Assembly (NCBI RefSeq): GCF_009834535.1
Contig: NC_045698.1
Span: 86,118,001-86,182,000 of the forward strand
DNA length: 64,000 nucleotides
From: Camelus ferus
Taxonomy: Eukaryota
Direction: 5' to 3'
This document shows positions 1 through 11,530 of this stretch, one piece after another; the stretch's first letter is position 1, and every line of letters begins with the position of its first letter. The notes beneath the pieces were generated by a model that did not search any database, was not told where the DNA came from, and saw nothing but the letters and a program-made list of their open reading frames with translations. The position numbers and the translations under genes are program-made.

Positions 1-85
1 AGAAACCCTGAGGATCGTGAAGGAAGTAAAACAAGGCAACAAAAGAGACAAGTGAGTGGGGTTTACTCTCCAGACTGTAAAATCT

Positions 86-476
86 GCTTTTAGCAAGAAC
101 CCTGCTAAGTCAGGTTAACCAGAACTCCACATGCTTGACATCTTGATCATCTTCAGTATTCAATCATCTCCTGAATCTGACAACCCACCCTGCCCCAGGC
201 AATGTCTCATCACCCTGGCTTGCCTACAGGAGAGAATCCTGTGAGGTCAGTTGAGCCAGAATTCCCCTGATGTTTCCTCTGAGTAACTTTCCACCCCCTA
301 CTCTCCTCCTTGGCTCTATGTTCCCTCTTGCCAAAATCACATTCGGAGTTGAGCCCCATCTCTCGCCCGCACTGTAAAATCCCATTACAGTCAACCCTAT
401 ACCTAATGTGATGGTCCTGAATAAAGCCGGCCCTACCAACTTAACAAGTGTCAATGAATACTTTTTTCCTTTAATA
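86..476 (+). mobile_element. ERV1 LTR, MER31-type, 3' portion
   Basis: TTTTAGCAAGAACCCTGCTAAGTCAG start, repeated GAATCCTG..GGTCAG motif, GGAGTTGAGCCC, AATAAA at 420-425 and end ...TTCCTTTAATA all resemble the recalled MER31 consensus. The 5' part is missing. Confidence 0.75.
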
Positions 477-870
477 GCATAAGTAGCCAATGGCCCAAGG
501 TCCCTGTGGCTGAGCACAGTGAGTGGTGTGGCGAGCTATCAGGAAGGTAAGTAGAGGCCAAGGGAGATGGGGAAGACACGGGGTGGGGACTGGAGACCAC
601 AGTTAGGACAAGAGATCCCAGATGTTCTCACCTGCTAGTCCACGGGATGCGCATGTGCGGTGGCTGCCAGGCCGACCTACAGGTACTCCTTCTGTTGTGG
701 AAAAACGTGTTACAGCTCCCCGTTACAGCTTAGTGTTACAGCTCAGTTGTGATAGCAACCTGGATCCGGGCAAGAGACCAAGCAGCACTCAAAGAGTTGG
801 AGAACTCAGGTTTATCACCCCAGCGGGCTGAGAGCAGTTAACACTCCAAGCTCTGGACCCTGTCCGTAGG

Positions 871-1145
871 TTTTTATAGACAGGCTTTTATAGGCTGCAA
901 GTTTTACACTTTGCAACATCATATGCAAATAGAGTATAACAGAAGTTGACCAACCAGGAACAAGCTTTGTAGAAGTAGACCAATCAGGAGTGAGAGAAAT
1001 AACCAGTCAGGAGTGAGCTCCATGCAAATGAAGTACTAGAAATGGACCAATCAGAAGTTGTGGAAGTGGACCAATCAGAAGTGAGAGTAATAACCAATCA
1101 GGAGTGAAGGAAATAACCAATCAGAAGTGACCTCAGGGAACCAAT
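871..1145 (-). promoter_or_regulatory. LTR promoter/enhancer module: 2 octamers, 6 CCAAT boxes, 2 TATA-like boxes
   Basis: ATGCAAAT at 923-930 and 1022-1029. CCAAT at 980, 1047, 1071, 1094, 1117 and 1141; five match RRCCAATCAG. Variants at 950 and 1003. Confidence 0.65.
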
Positions 1146-1247
1146 AGAATTTTAGGAGTAAGTAAGCCCTTTCAGAGGCAAAAAGTGAGATAGAGCTTCC
1201 CCGTCAGGGAAACGGATGGTGCTGGCAGGAGAATAGTGGCCCTGCTT

Positions 1248-1271
1248 GGGGTGGGGGTGGGGGTGGGGGGG
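1248..1271 (+). other. G-quadruplex-forming motif
   Basis: GGGG-T-GGGGG-T-GGGGG-T-GGGGGGG: four G-runs with 1-nt loops. Confidence 0.7.
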
Positions 1272-2223
1272 TCCTGCCGGTCTTTTTATGGGGCTTCCCA
1301 CCTCACTTTGCTCCTTGGCTTCTGTTTGGGTAAAGCCACCACTCCCACCTCCCCTTCTTTGCAGAGAGCAGAGGGTGAAAGCAGAATGAAGGCACTATGA
1401 ACAGGCTGTGCATCCCCACTGAAGGTCAAAGTCCCCATCAGGGGGCCATCCCACACGATTCTCCCTCTGGGTTCCTATAACGGCTCCCTCCACTTTCCCC
1501 TCCAGGCCTGAGGAAGACAGAGCTCTGCACTTTGACTATTCCTTGGAGATGCTGTCCCATCCTTAGCTGCTTTTTCAAAACTGTGTTACTAGGACCTCCT
1601 AGAAATGTCCATCAAACACACAGCCTGAGAGTGATGTTCTTGCCAGGACCTTGATAGGCTGAAAGCTAAAAACACAGCCCAAGCCACTTTCTCCCTTTCA
1701 GCAGTTGTACCTTCCGCTCCCTCCTTAGCCTTGGTAAGCCGCTTACTAGAAGCTGGTTCCTCTAAGTGGCACATAACTCCATAAAACATCGCTGTTGGAA
1801 TTTTCAGAATTTTCTGGGTCACTTAAATGTCATACAGCTCCTATGGTTCCCTTTCTTCGCACAAAGCTTCCCTGAGATCAGAGCTCTCTTGAGGGTGATG
1901 TGAGTCATACCGATAAAATGATTCATGATGAAATTCTGAAACTGAAAGGCAGGGTGATATTGGAAGAGTACTCGATTGGTAGTTCAAGTTTAACTGTGTG
2001 ACTCTTGGAAAGTCGATTTCCTCATCTTTAAGACAGCAATGATAGTAATGTGCAGTGATTAACTTATTCACCAACACTTAGACTAGGGACCAGACTAATC
2101 GAGCCACAGTGAGTAACTCTGCTCCATTCTGAGGAAGAACCAGCCAGTAATAGCAGATCAGTCCAGCATTACACTCTGCATTTCACTGATTCTGAGACAC
2201 AGACTATAAACAAAACTCAGGAA

Positions 2224-2792
2224 TGTTGCCAGAGAATAGGTTCTTGTCTTGTGCAGGAAAGAATTCAAGAGTGATGCATAGTAAAGTGAAAGCAAGTTTA
2301 TTTCCAGATGCACACACTCCATAGACAGAGTGCAGTCCACCTCACTCAGAAGGGAGAGTGGCTAGGAAATACATGCTCCATAGGCAGAATGCGGGCCACC
2401 TCAAAAGATAAGAGGGAGAGAGACCAAGAGTAGGGGTATTTAAAGTAAAAGTAGATACACACTCCGTAGACAGAGTGCGGGCTGTCTCAGAAGGCAAGAG
2501 AGAGAGCAACTACAAGGTGCAGGGTTGTTAGGTTTTATGAGCTCAGTAGTTTCACATGCTAACAAGTGGGAGGATTACTCCAACTATTTTGGGGAAGGGG
2601 TGAGGATTTCCAGGAATTGGGCCCTTCGACCTTTTATGGTCAGCCTAGAAACTGTCACAGCCCCTGTGAGCGCACCATGAGGCTCAAGGCCTACTGCAAA
2701 TAGAATCTTCCACCATCTTGCTTCTAACCAGTTTGTCCACTGCTGCTCCATTCCTTCTATGGCTGTACCCTGCCCTCTTCCCTCCTGTCTCA
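2224..2792 (-). mobile_element. Solo ERV1 LTR, same family as 58912-59467
   Basis: TG...CA termini and perfect TSD GGAA/GGAA (2220-2223 and 2793-2796). The minus strand begins TGAGACAGGAGGGAAGAGGGCAGGG. AATAAA lies near the 3' end. Confidence 0.9.
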
Positions 2793-2858
2793 GGAAGACT
2801 CCTTTGGTCACTCCTTAAAATGGTAACGCCCCTGCAAATGTTGAAATACAATGGTTAT

Positions 2859-3247
2859 TATATTAGCCAGCTGAGGCCGACATACCAAATACCACACGCT
2901 ACCCGGTTTAAACAGCAGACACCTATGTCTTAAGTTCTGGTGGCTGGCAAGTTCACGATTAAGGTGGTGGCAGACTCAATTCCTGGGGAGAGCTCTCTTC
3001 CTGGCTTGCAGATGGCTGCCTTCTCATCGTGCCCTCACGTGGAGGAGAGAGCTCTGGTGCTCTTCTCTTCTAATAAGGATACCAACCCTATCAGATGAGG
3101 GCATTACAGCTGTGACCTTGCTTAACTTTTATCACCTCCTTGCCAGCCCTATCTCCAAATACAGTCACCTTAGGAGTTAGAGCTTCACATATGACTTGGT
3201 GGTGGTGGGGTGGGGTGGGGTGGAATACAAACATTCAGTTCATAGCA
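2859..3247 (-). mobile_element. MaLR LTR, MLT1B-like
   Basis: CTCTCTTCCTGGCTTGCAGATGGCTGCCTTCTC and CCCTATCTCCAAATACAGTCAC match the reverse complement of the recalled MLT1B consensus; ends CATAGCA. Confidence 0.85.
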
Positions 3248-4147
3248 GTTATCTGGACCAATTGCATGATAATTATTACCCAAATACTATCTCTTTCTCT
3301 CAGGTACAGAAACACAAAAGATGATTTAGAATTCCATCAGATTCAAAATTCTTTACCGGTACTATACATAATGATGTATGCTGAAGATCATAATTAAAAG
3401 TGCTAAGTTAGGTTTAAAAATAATTCATAGAAGTCAATTGCTTGCTTAGAATATATGCACAAAATTAAACCAAAAGCCAGTGTGCAAACTACATGGTATC
3501 TAAAAATCTAAATACCACAGGTTGCCATGACTCTGCCACAACCTTTAAAGTTTAAGTTGCTTAAACTTGTGCAAATCTTGACCAGAATAAGAAGTATTTT
3601 TGCCTTGTTTTCCTGCCATATGCATTCATACTTTAATAAGGAATTAAAAATTTTTAACGATTAAAAATGCAAGAAACTTGAGAATTGACCTATACAACAG
3701 AATGCTTCACAGCAGTTTTTAACTTAACTACATTTACACGTTTTGACATGGATAAATCTCAAAAACAAATATGGAATGAAAGAAAAAAGATTTCAGAAGG
3801 ATACATCTGTACTCCCTTTCCCCTGTCTTCTTTTCCACCTTGAAGATTATGATCTGAGACAAATGTTACAAACTAACCTCTGTGAACTGGAGTGGCATGT
3901 TTGTGGAGCTCACCATGATTTTCTGAATTTTGCTGACTTTTCAAAATATTCAAAATTAAAAATAAAACATGTCAAGAATAACTGAAGTAATATACAGTAA
4001 GACAATAATGCACATTACAACAATAAGATCCAGAACCAAAAATTACATTTGGGGAAAACCCAAAATACTTCCTTAGTACATCATCGCTTAAGGATAATTA
4101 ATCACATCAATCTCTCACCTTGTAAATTTGGAAAATGAAGAGTGAGC

Positions 4148-4217
4148 CTGAAACTGACACATTGTAACTGACTATACCTTAACAAAATTTTTTTTAAATA
4201 AATAAAATTTTAAAAAA
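4148..4217 (+). mobile_element. Short L1 3' tail, camelid-like
   Basis: CTGAAACTGACACATTGTAACTGACTATAC followed by an A/T-rich tail. Confidence 0.6.
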
Positions 4218-4456
4218 GAGGTCACAGATTTCTTTCTTACAGTCTGCAGGATGTTAATGTGCTTTGGTAACTTCATGGATGGTGAGAAACGGAAGATGAA
4301 TATTGCACAAGAAAGAGTATGACATTTCCCAGTTCACATGCATTCTAGGAGTGAATGCCTTTGCTCAGGATGGACCAGATCATGGAGTGGAAATGATACC
4401 TGCCAAAGACTAACACTTTGGTTGACTTTTTCAACTCTTTGCTATGCCATCTAGCA

Positions 4457-5794
4457 TAGCAGTTTTCAACCTTTACTGGTCTCAGAATCCTCTACACTCT
4501 GAAAAAATTATTGAGGACCCCAGAGAGCTTTGGCTTATATAGGTTATACCTGTCAATATTTACCCTACTGGAAATGAAATCCACCCATTACATGTCAACA
4601 GTTTTTAAGTGAAAATAATCATATTTTCAAAAACCAAGGGAAAAGTGGCATTGTTTTACATCTTTGCAAATCTCTTTCGTGTCTGGTTTAATAGAAGACA
4701 GCTGTAACTTCATGTCTGTTTCTACTTCAGTCTGTTGCAATATGACTTTTTGGTTGAAGTAGATGAAGAAAATCTGGCTCCACACAGATATTTAGTTGAA
4801 AGAGAGAGGAGCATTTTAACGGCTTTTTTAGATAACTATAAATATTCTTTAATACTACACCAAAATTTAACAAACAGTAGTTCTTACAAATTACTTGCAA
4901 TAAGCAATCTGAAACTATGTCAGTGAACTTTTTATACTCTTCATTAAAATCCATTGGTCTACTTTATACTCAGGATGGTTCTTCAATCCATTCGTAAGTC
5001 TGCAATATGCATTGGTCATTGGGAAATGTTTTGCTCCCTGAGGTATGTGGATTCCTAAAAGGTAACTTACTTTCTTATACAATATCAAGTAATCACATCT
5101 GATAATACCACCAGTGATCTCATCAAAGCCCCTTAGGTATCTAAAAGCTGTCAAGCTCATAATGGCAAATATTTATTTTTCAAAATTGTAATTTTTCTTG
5201 AAAGTTCACGTTATCATTGGCCGCAAATAATGTCAGATGGTTTTCCTGAAGTAACAAGCTCATTTTGTTCATTTTTGAGAAAATATCTGCCAAACACCAA
5301 GTCTGAATAAGCAGTTTGTCCATCATTCATTCTCTAAAGTGAAAGTGACGCTCCAGGGAAAAGGCAGATAGTCCAGCCTGCAACTCAAACAATCACACAA
5401 GTGTTTTTCCTCAAGACAACCATTGTACTTCCATCTGCAGCAGAAGTGCTTTATGCATAGTTTTGTCACACAGAACATTAAAAGACAGGTACTCAGAGTC
5501 AAAATGTAATAAAAAAAATGAATACTTTTACTGCTTTATCAAGGACATTCTCAAGAGAAACTGGAGCAAGTAGGTGGCCGCGAAGAATACTAGTACAGTT
5601 TGGTGCCATGATCAGGACTGATACTTAGGCACTTTTATCCGCCATTGCTTTTCTAGCATCAGAACAAATATAAACACGATGAAAAACGCAAATAAAGTAT
5701 TAGTGTTATTACAGAAATAGTTCTGACCTCACAACCCCCTAAAAGGGTCTTGGGGACTCCCGATTACCTCAAGATCCCACTTCGAGAACCACTG
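4457..5794 (-). mobile_element. hAT-Charlie DNA transposon, Charlie1a-like, near full length
   Basis: Terminal inverted repeats (TAGCAGTTTTCAAC ... GAGAACCACTG). Flanking 8-mers ATCTAGCA and ACCTAGAA fit the NTCTAGAN target preference. Internal GGCATTGTTTTACATCTTTGCAAATCTC...AATAGAAGACAGCTG matches the recalled consensus. Confidence 0.85.
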
Positions 5795-6699
5795 ACCTAG
5801 AACAATACAAAGATAAATAACTTAGTCGCAAATCATTTTTAAAATGAAACAAAGGCCAATGCCTTTAGCTACTACAGTCCCTTAAAAAACCAAATCGCTT
5901 GCTTCTCCCTTCTGAATTCAAAACAAAATAAATATGCATCCTGTCTGCCTCGTCTATGACCACAAAGCCTCATTTAGACTTTCACATTTTTTCCTGGCGT
6001 TTTTTTTTTTTTGTTTTTTTTTGTTTTTTTTTTCATTTTAAAGGTAAAGATAGTAACATTCAATATTTAGAATGTTAATCATAGAAAACTGCCAGGGGCA
6101 TAAAAAGAATATCAGGCAATTTTTACAATATAAAATTCTCCATTTATGTGGTTTTGGGTATAAGATTTTGTAGTTTAGTATCAGGTAACATTTATTGAAA
6201 ACCAACTATGTGTCAGTGCATATTAGAATATGTACTTAAGTTTTCAATTTATATTTACCTTTTACAACAACTATCAGAGATTGGCACCTTCTACAACTAA
6301 GAAGGTTGAAGTGCATACACACACACACAATTACTTTTTAGGAGGTCCACAGCCCTGGAACCATCACAATCAGTCTTCAAAATGAAAGAGTCTTACTTTG
6401 GCCATTGTCCTCAAAGATGGGGTAATGGCAATAAGTAACCCAGGTCCTCAAGAGAATCTCATAAAACAGCCTGTCTCCTCTGCCCAACCTTCCTACCTTC
6501 CCCAGCCGGGTGTCACCACCCATGAGATGAAGCAGCCAATGGAGCCAGGGCCAGGGTGACATTCCACCATGGAGCCAACAGACACTCAACAATTAACTCT
6601 TCTGTATCCAGAAACACTAACTTGTCCAAGAGTAGGGATTTCATATGAAGACTACAATCTTTCATTAGGAAAAAAATATATAGAAAGCCAACTTTGAAT

Positions 6700-8200
6700 G
6701 TTTCCTGGGGATAACATCGACCTTTTAAAAAACCACTGAAGTGAAAAATGTCCCACTACAACATTGAGAAAGGAGGGTGCAAACTTACTAAACCGGCAGC
6801 CTAAAATCACTCTGCAGCTTAGCACACATTATTTGCCTCATAAAGGGTCTCTGCCGTCATAAAAATGTGTATCTTAAAATGCAAACCCCATCATTTTCCG
6901 AGACCGAAGGTCAAAAAGCTTCCTGACACATTCCGTGTTGGGAATTCTTTCTTCCACATGTAGGTTCTGCATCGAAACAGATGCGGCGAGAAAAGCCACC
7001 TCTCAATGCATTTGGGACTTTACGAAGGTGGACAACTCCAGTTGTGTGGAAGCATTGCAGACGTCTCCCCTGTCATAGAGAATAACCTGCCCGCCCAGGG
7101 AGGCGGAGCCCAATCCGGGCAGAGGAGGATACGGGTGGAAAGCATTTTTATGAAGGAGGGAGAATGAATTCACCCTGTCACCTTTCTTCCGTTGAGGAAG
7201 CCTGGCAATTTGAGAACCTATGTCGAGATCCATTTTCTACATGAAAAGGAAGCCTTCTGCAATAAAATAGGCATTTTGTCATCTTTTAACAAGATGTCCA
7301 TTTTATTTTTAGAAATACACATGAGATAAGAGAAGACAAGGGAATTTCTAACAGGTCCTCTTCTGTTCAGTGAGGCCAGGAAACAAGACAAAATTGTATC
7401 AGTACACATCAGTCCCCTGTAGCTAAAAATATACATGGTTATTCTTAAGGTTTTTGAAAAGCAATATCAAGGAGCCCTACTGTGAATACTGTTTAGTAGG
7501 ACACAGACATAGGGAGCTTTATATATATATTTTTAATCCTACATTATTGGAGAAGCATTTATCAGAAATGGCCAAATTATGAGTAAGTTATTTACTTTCT
7601 TCTAAATGTAACTAGACCGAGGGAGACTTTGCTAATGACTGGTATTGCAGCAAAGCAGAAATCTGTTCATGTCTCATTCAGGCAGTGGATTAGATAAAAC
7701 ATTAGTTCCATGGAGCTGATCACTCGGGAGGTTTACTCATTTGCCTTGCCGCAGTAAACGCTGGCACTTTAGGTCTCCTGGAATATTCTGAAGCTGGCCT
7801 AATAACACATCTGCTGTACTTATTTTTGAATGTAAATGGCACTCAAAAGTACACTTTGAAAATTAATTTTAGCTGGAAAACAATAAGCATTAATAAATCC
7901 AGATTTTGTTTCTGCGAACAATTACTTCGTGAAATTGTCAGATGTGATGGAAAGCGCTAGTTTACAAATAGAATCTGTAGCAATTAAATCCCTTCCGAAC
8001 CAAACCACTCCAAACTGAACGGATTCCTCTCCGGTGTTGTGACAGATATCAATATGGACTTGCACAATTTTTATGACTTTGTGATGTGCACATAAAGAGC
8101 AAAGGCACCCTTAGGTCAAGGCTGCCTTTGCCGTGAGAACAAAGGAAATTCGTCTCTAACAGATGGATCAAGACAAAAGAAAAGTTATACAATTGTTTTC
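6700..8200. promoter_or_regulatory. Candidate conserved non-coding enhancer/promoter block
   Basis: No recognisable repeat and local CpG retention. GTCATAAAA at 6856 (+) and 8069 (-), CCCGCCC at 7090-7096, GGAGGCGGAG at 7099-7108, CCAAT at 7110, TGACAG sites. Conservation not measured. Confidence 0.4.
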
Positions 8201-9730
8201 ACAAAAATGAATTCTCTCTTGACGTGGACAATGAAAACAACAAAGAGGAGATTTTCCTACTCCAATGTTCTAGATGTCTTTTAAGCATAGCAAACAAGTC
8301 GGAAGGGTGCTTTCTCTGCAGGTCCCAGATCTGAAATGACAGAGCTGCCATGGTTGTGCTCTGGCCAAACGTTGTGTTATCTGTTAGAGATGGTCTGTTT
8401 GCCCTGATGGCTGAAGTGGACAGATTGAAGCATTCAGCTGGTTCTCTCAACCACAGCTCATCTGTTTACATCCTGTGGTAAAATCACAATGCTGGGAATT
8501 GCATGGGTACCCGTAGCATGGTCTGCAAATAATCACCATGGAATGCTTGGTTCTGTCTAATCCTTGAGAAGGAAAAAAAAAAAAAATCCCATCTGAGTGT
8601 CCAGAGACCTCAGTTCATTTGTATCCAGGACCTTTCATCCAGGGCTTTTGGTACTCAGCTCCACACTGTGAAATGGTGGAACTAACAGTCACTTTATCTC
8701 CTTCAGAGGAGCTCACTGTACTTCGTTAAGCTTTTACTCCTTCAAATGGTGAATGCAAGATGGAAATAGCAATATGTGCAGAAACAGAAAAAAGTAGTAC
8801 ACAGGTGAGATCAAAATGTGGTTCTCCTCTAACACAAGTCAAACCAAACAACTTTATGATAAAAGAATATGGAATTTAAAACAAAAAAACAAACAAAAAA
8901 AAAGGACGCTGATCTAGAGAAAACTAAGTAGCTATGTTTAGTTAGAGAACTAAGACTCCTGGATTACAAGTAACACGAAGGAGACAGCGGGTGTCAGGCA
9001 TCTTTGAGCAGCAGGAATGCTGGTAACCAGAGCAAGTAACAAATACTTAATGCATATCTTTTGACTGAAAAGTGGCTAAGTTAAGTTTTTTAAAGGCAAA
9101 GTCAAAAGGAATTGCTTTCAGTAAAATGACATGATATTTGTAACTTTATGAAGTTTTAAAGGGTTCAGGGACCATGAGCTGAAGAATTGCAAGTTAAGCC
9201 ACCTGGTCCCACCCTTGAAGACACTCCTTGTAGACAAGACATGAAGCGTGGGGCAGAGACGCAGAGAGCGCACCGAGGGGTCCTCCCTGGGAATGAGTGC
9301 AGGACCCAAGGACAAAGAAGACCCACCATCTCTGCTCCAGTGAATCTGCTACTTTTGGCTGCATTTTATTCACATTTCAGATAAACAGATATAACATTGT
9401 GTGAGTTTTCTGCTTTTATCCATCTTTTCCTAAGAATAAGGAAGTCTACAGGTGGGGAGGCTGTGAAAAAAGGAGTTGAAGCAAGAAAACCAGAAAAGCC
9501 ACTCGCTGCCTTCTCTAATTTCATTCATATCACAAGCCTAAAAAGTTAAAAGAGAAAACAAGGGTCCCTCTTGCATGGGGTGTTTACAGTTCTTCAGCAG
9601 TCTTGTCTTGGTTCCAGATCATAGTGCTCGGTCAAGCCCGAGATCAGAATGCCCAATGCAATGTCAGCTTTTATTTCAGGAATTGGTTTGTTAATGCCAT
9701 CCTAATGTCGATCATCCTATAGCAGGAACT

Positions 9731-9862
9731 NNNNNNNNNNNNNNNNNNNNNNNNNNNNNNNNNNNNNNNNNNNNNNNNNNNNNNNNNNNNNNNNNNNNNN
9801 NNNNNNNNNNNNNNNNNNNNNNNNNNNNNNNNNNNNNNNNNNNNNNNNNNNNNNNNNNNNNN
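9731..9862. other. N-block, 132 nt
   Basis: Run of N in unique, repeat-free flanks. Confidence 0.95.
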
Positions 9863-10239
9863 TTATAATTGGAAGAAAGAAACATTTTTTTAAAAAAAGT
9901 AAGCTTAGCTTGCGATCTGTAAAATTATTCAGCTTTGATGACAATAACTGGCCTGTAAAATTTTCCAAGACTATATTAGCCTAATGTAAACGAATAATAC
10001 ATATATTAAAATCTGTCAAATTATCTAAATATATCAACTGTTTAATACAAATCAAGCACGCAAAAGCTCTCTGTTTTAGCTGAAAGTGATGTCCAACACT
10101 AATATTTCACAATTATGAATTAAGTGAATAAAAAATCAGGTTGTAAAGTGTTATTGATGTTTCTCTTTCAACATAACCTTTATGCCGTGTTCACAGAGCA
10201 GGAAGACAGATGTTTCCCAACCTGCAGGGCTGGGGCAAG

Positions 10240-10420
10240 CCTGCCTTTTAAGAGCTCGATTGTAAACCGATGAAAGGTGTGTAAACAGATGACAGGGGCA
10301 ATTACAATGTGGAATTGATTACGCTCTCAATGACTAAAAGCACATCGCCCGCATTATTCTTTTTATGCTGCTCTTTGATGACAAAAAGCATGAATAGCTC
10401 ATCAGGACTACAATGTGTTT
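10240..10420. promoter_or_regulatory. Candidate enhancer with overlapping FOX/E-box/MEIS/homeodomain/SOX motifs
   Basis: GTAAACA 10281-10287, CAGATG 10286-10291, TGACAG 10290-10295, CAATTA 10299-10304, ACAATG 10304-10309, TGATTA 10316-10321. Confidence 0.45.
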
Positions 10421-11383
10421 GTATTCCAGATTTCTCTCAGTAAAAGAGCATCTGCAGCTGCAGTTGGGGCTGGAAAGACAATGAGCTGGTGCCCATCCTT
10501 GTAGGAAAAGGAACAAGGATTCCATCTCCTACAGGTATCGGTCTCTTCTGAATTTTTCTAAAGGCCAAAGGAGAGTCAGCAAAGCCCCAAACAAAGGGGC
10601 TGCTGTGGTGCTGGAGGGGAGACGTTGGAGAAGGGTCCATGGGAAAGCACGGTGGGCAGGCTTAGACATATTAAGTTAGGATTAGAAGTGGGAACTGGAG
10701 CGGAAGCTGTAGGTCAATGATTAGTCATCATCAAAGATTGATTAATTGCATCTGCCACAATACAGGCATGGAACACCTATATCTCGTGCCAAGTCTTGTC
10801 CCGATTCATCCTCTGCCTTTTCAGCCTGTCTTGTAGACACTGAAGAGTCGCCCAAAATAGTAATAGTTGGGGTTGTAGTCATAGAGAACTCATGCAGGGC
10901 TAAATTCAGTTTAGGAGTCTCAGGCCCCCTAGCCCGCCCTAGAATGGAACGAAACTCTTGGGATTGACTCCAGAAGGATCCAGCCTCCCCACTGGGCCTT
11001 ACAACCCACAGCACTTACTCTTTGTTGCTTGGCTGTTCCTAGACCATGTGCTTTGACCTAGGAATCCTGAGGCTCAACTTGGAAAGCAGCCCATCTTTGA
11101 GGTCACAAGAGAAGGCTGCCATTCCTCAAGTGGGCCTCACGCCTTAAAAATCTCTCTCCTCTATGGGTTTTTTTTTTTTTTTATCTTGTGTTTTTTATGG
11201 ATCTTTTTTCTTTCTTTTTTTTTTTGCTTGAAAGGCAACAAAAACAGCTAGCCTGTGACTGATCCCAGAGTTGTTCAACAGACGGATGACTTCTAGACTT
11301 GGCCTCAAGTGCTGGCAGATGTTTTCGAGAATGGAGGTGGGGGTAGGTTTAAGAACACGGAGAACTCAAGCTTGTCATGTGCA

Positions 11384-11530
11384 GATGTGGGGAAACTGGA
11401 GTGAGTTCAGAGACGTGACAAAGATGATTAAAGGGATAAAGGATGGTTCTGAGGGAAGGCTGAAGGGATTCTCTTTACCTTCATCCCAAGAAATGAGAAG
11501 ATAATGATTATTAACTTCAAAGTCTATTTG
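11384..11530 (+). mobile_element. CR1/L3 LINE relic, ORF2 C-terminus
   Basis: Translates DVGKLE*VQRR, then after a frameshift TKMIKGIKDGSEGRLKGFSLPSSQEMRR. This resembles the CR1 motif DIDKLERVQRRATKMIKGL..SYEERLKELGLFSLEKRR. Confidence 0.7.

Larger units (their letters stand above)
693..1305 (-). mobile_element. Solo ERV1-class LTR with tandem CCAAT/octamer U3
   Basis: TG...CA termini (TGTTGTGG at 693, CCTCA ending 1305) and near-perfect 4-bp TSD CTTC/CTTT. On the minus strand: U3 repeats, then TATAAAA (886-892 and 871-878), then a degenerate polyA signal (GATAAA, 811-816). No PBS or internal sequence. Confidence 0.8.

Noticed and set aside
950-1145. Periodic repeats as a CRISPR-like array
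   Set aside because: Mammalian context, no unique spacers, and the units lie inside an LTR U3.
9723-9904. Possible exon spanning the first N-block (TAG/CAG before it, GTAAGC after it)
   Set aside because: The polypyrimidine tract is weak and the interior is masked, so it cannot be supported.
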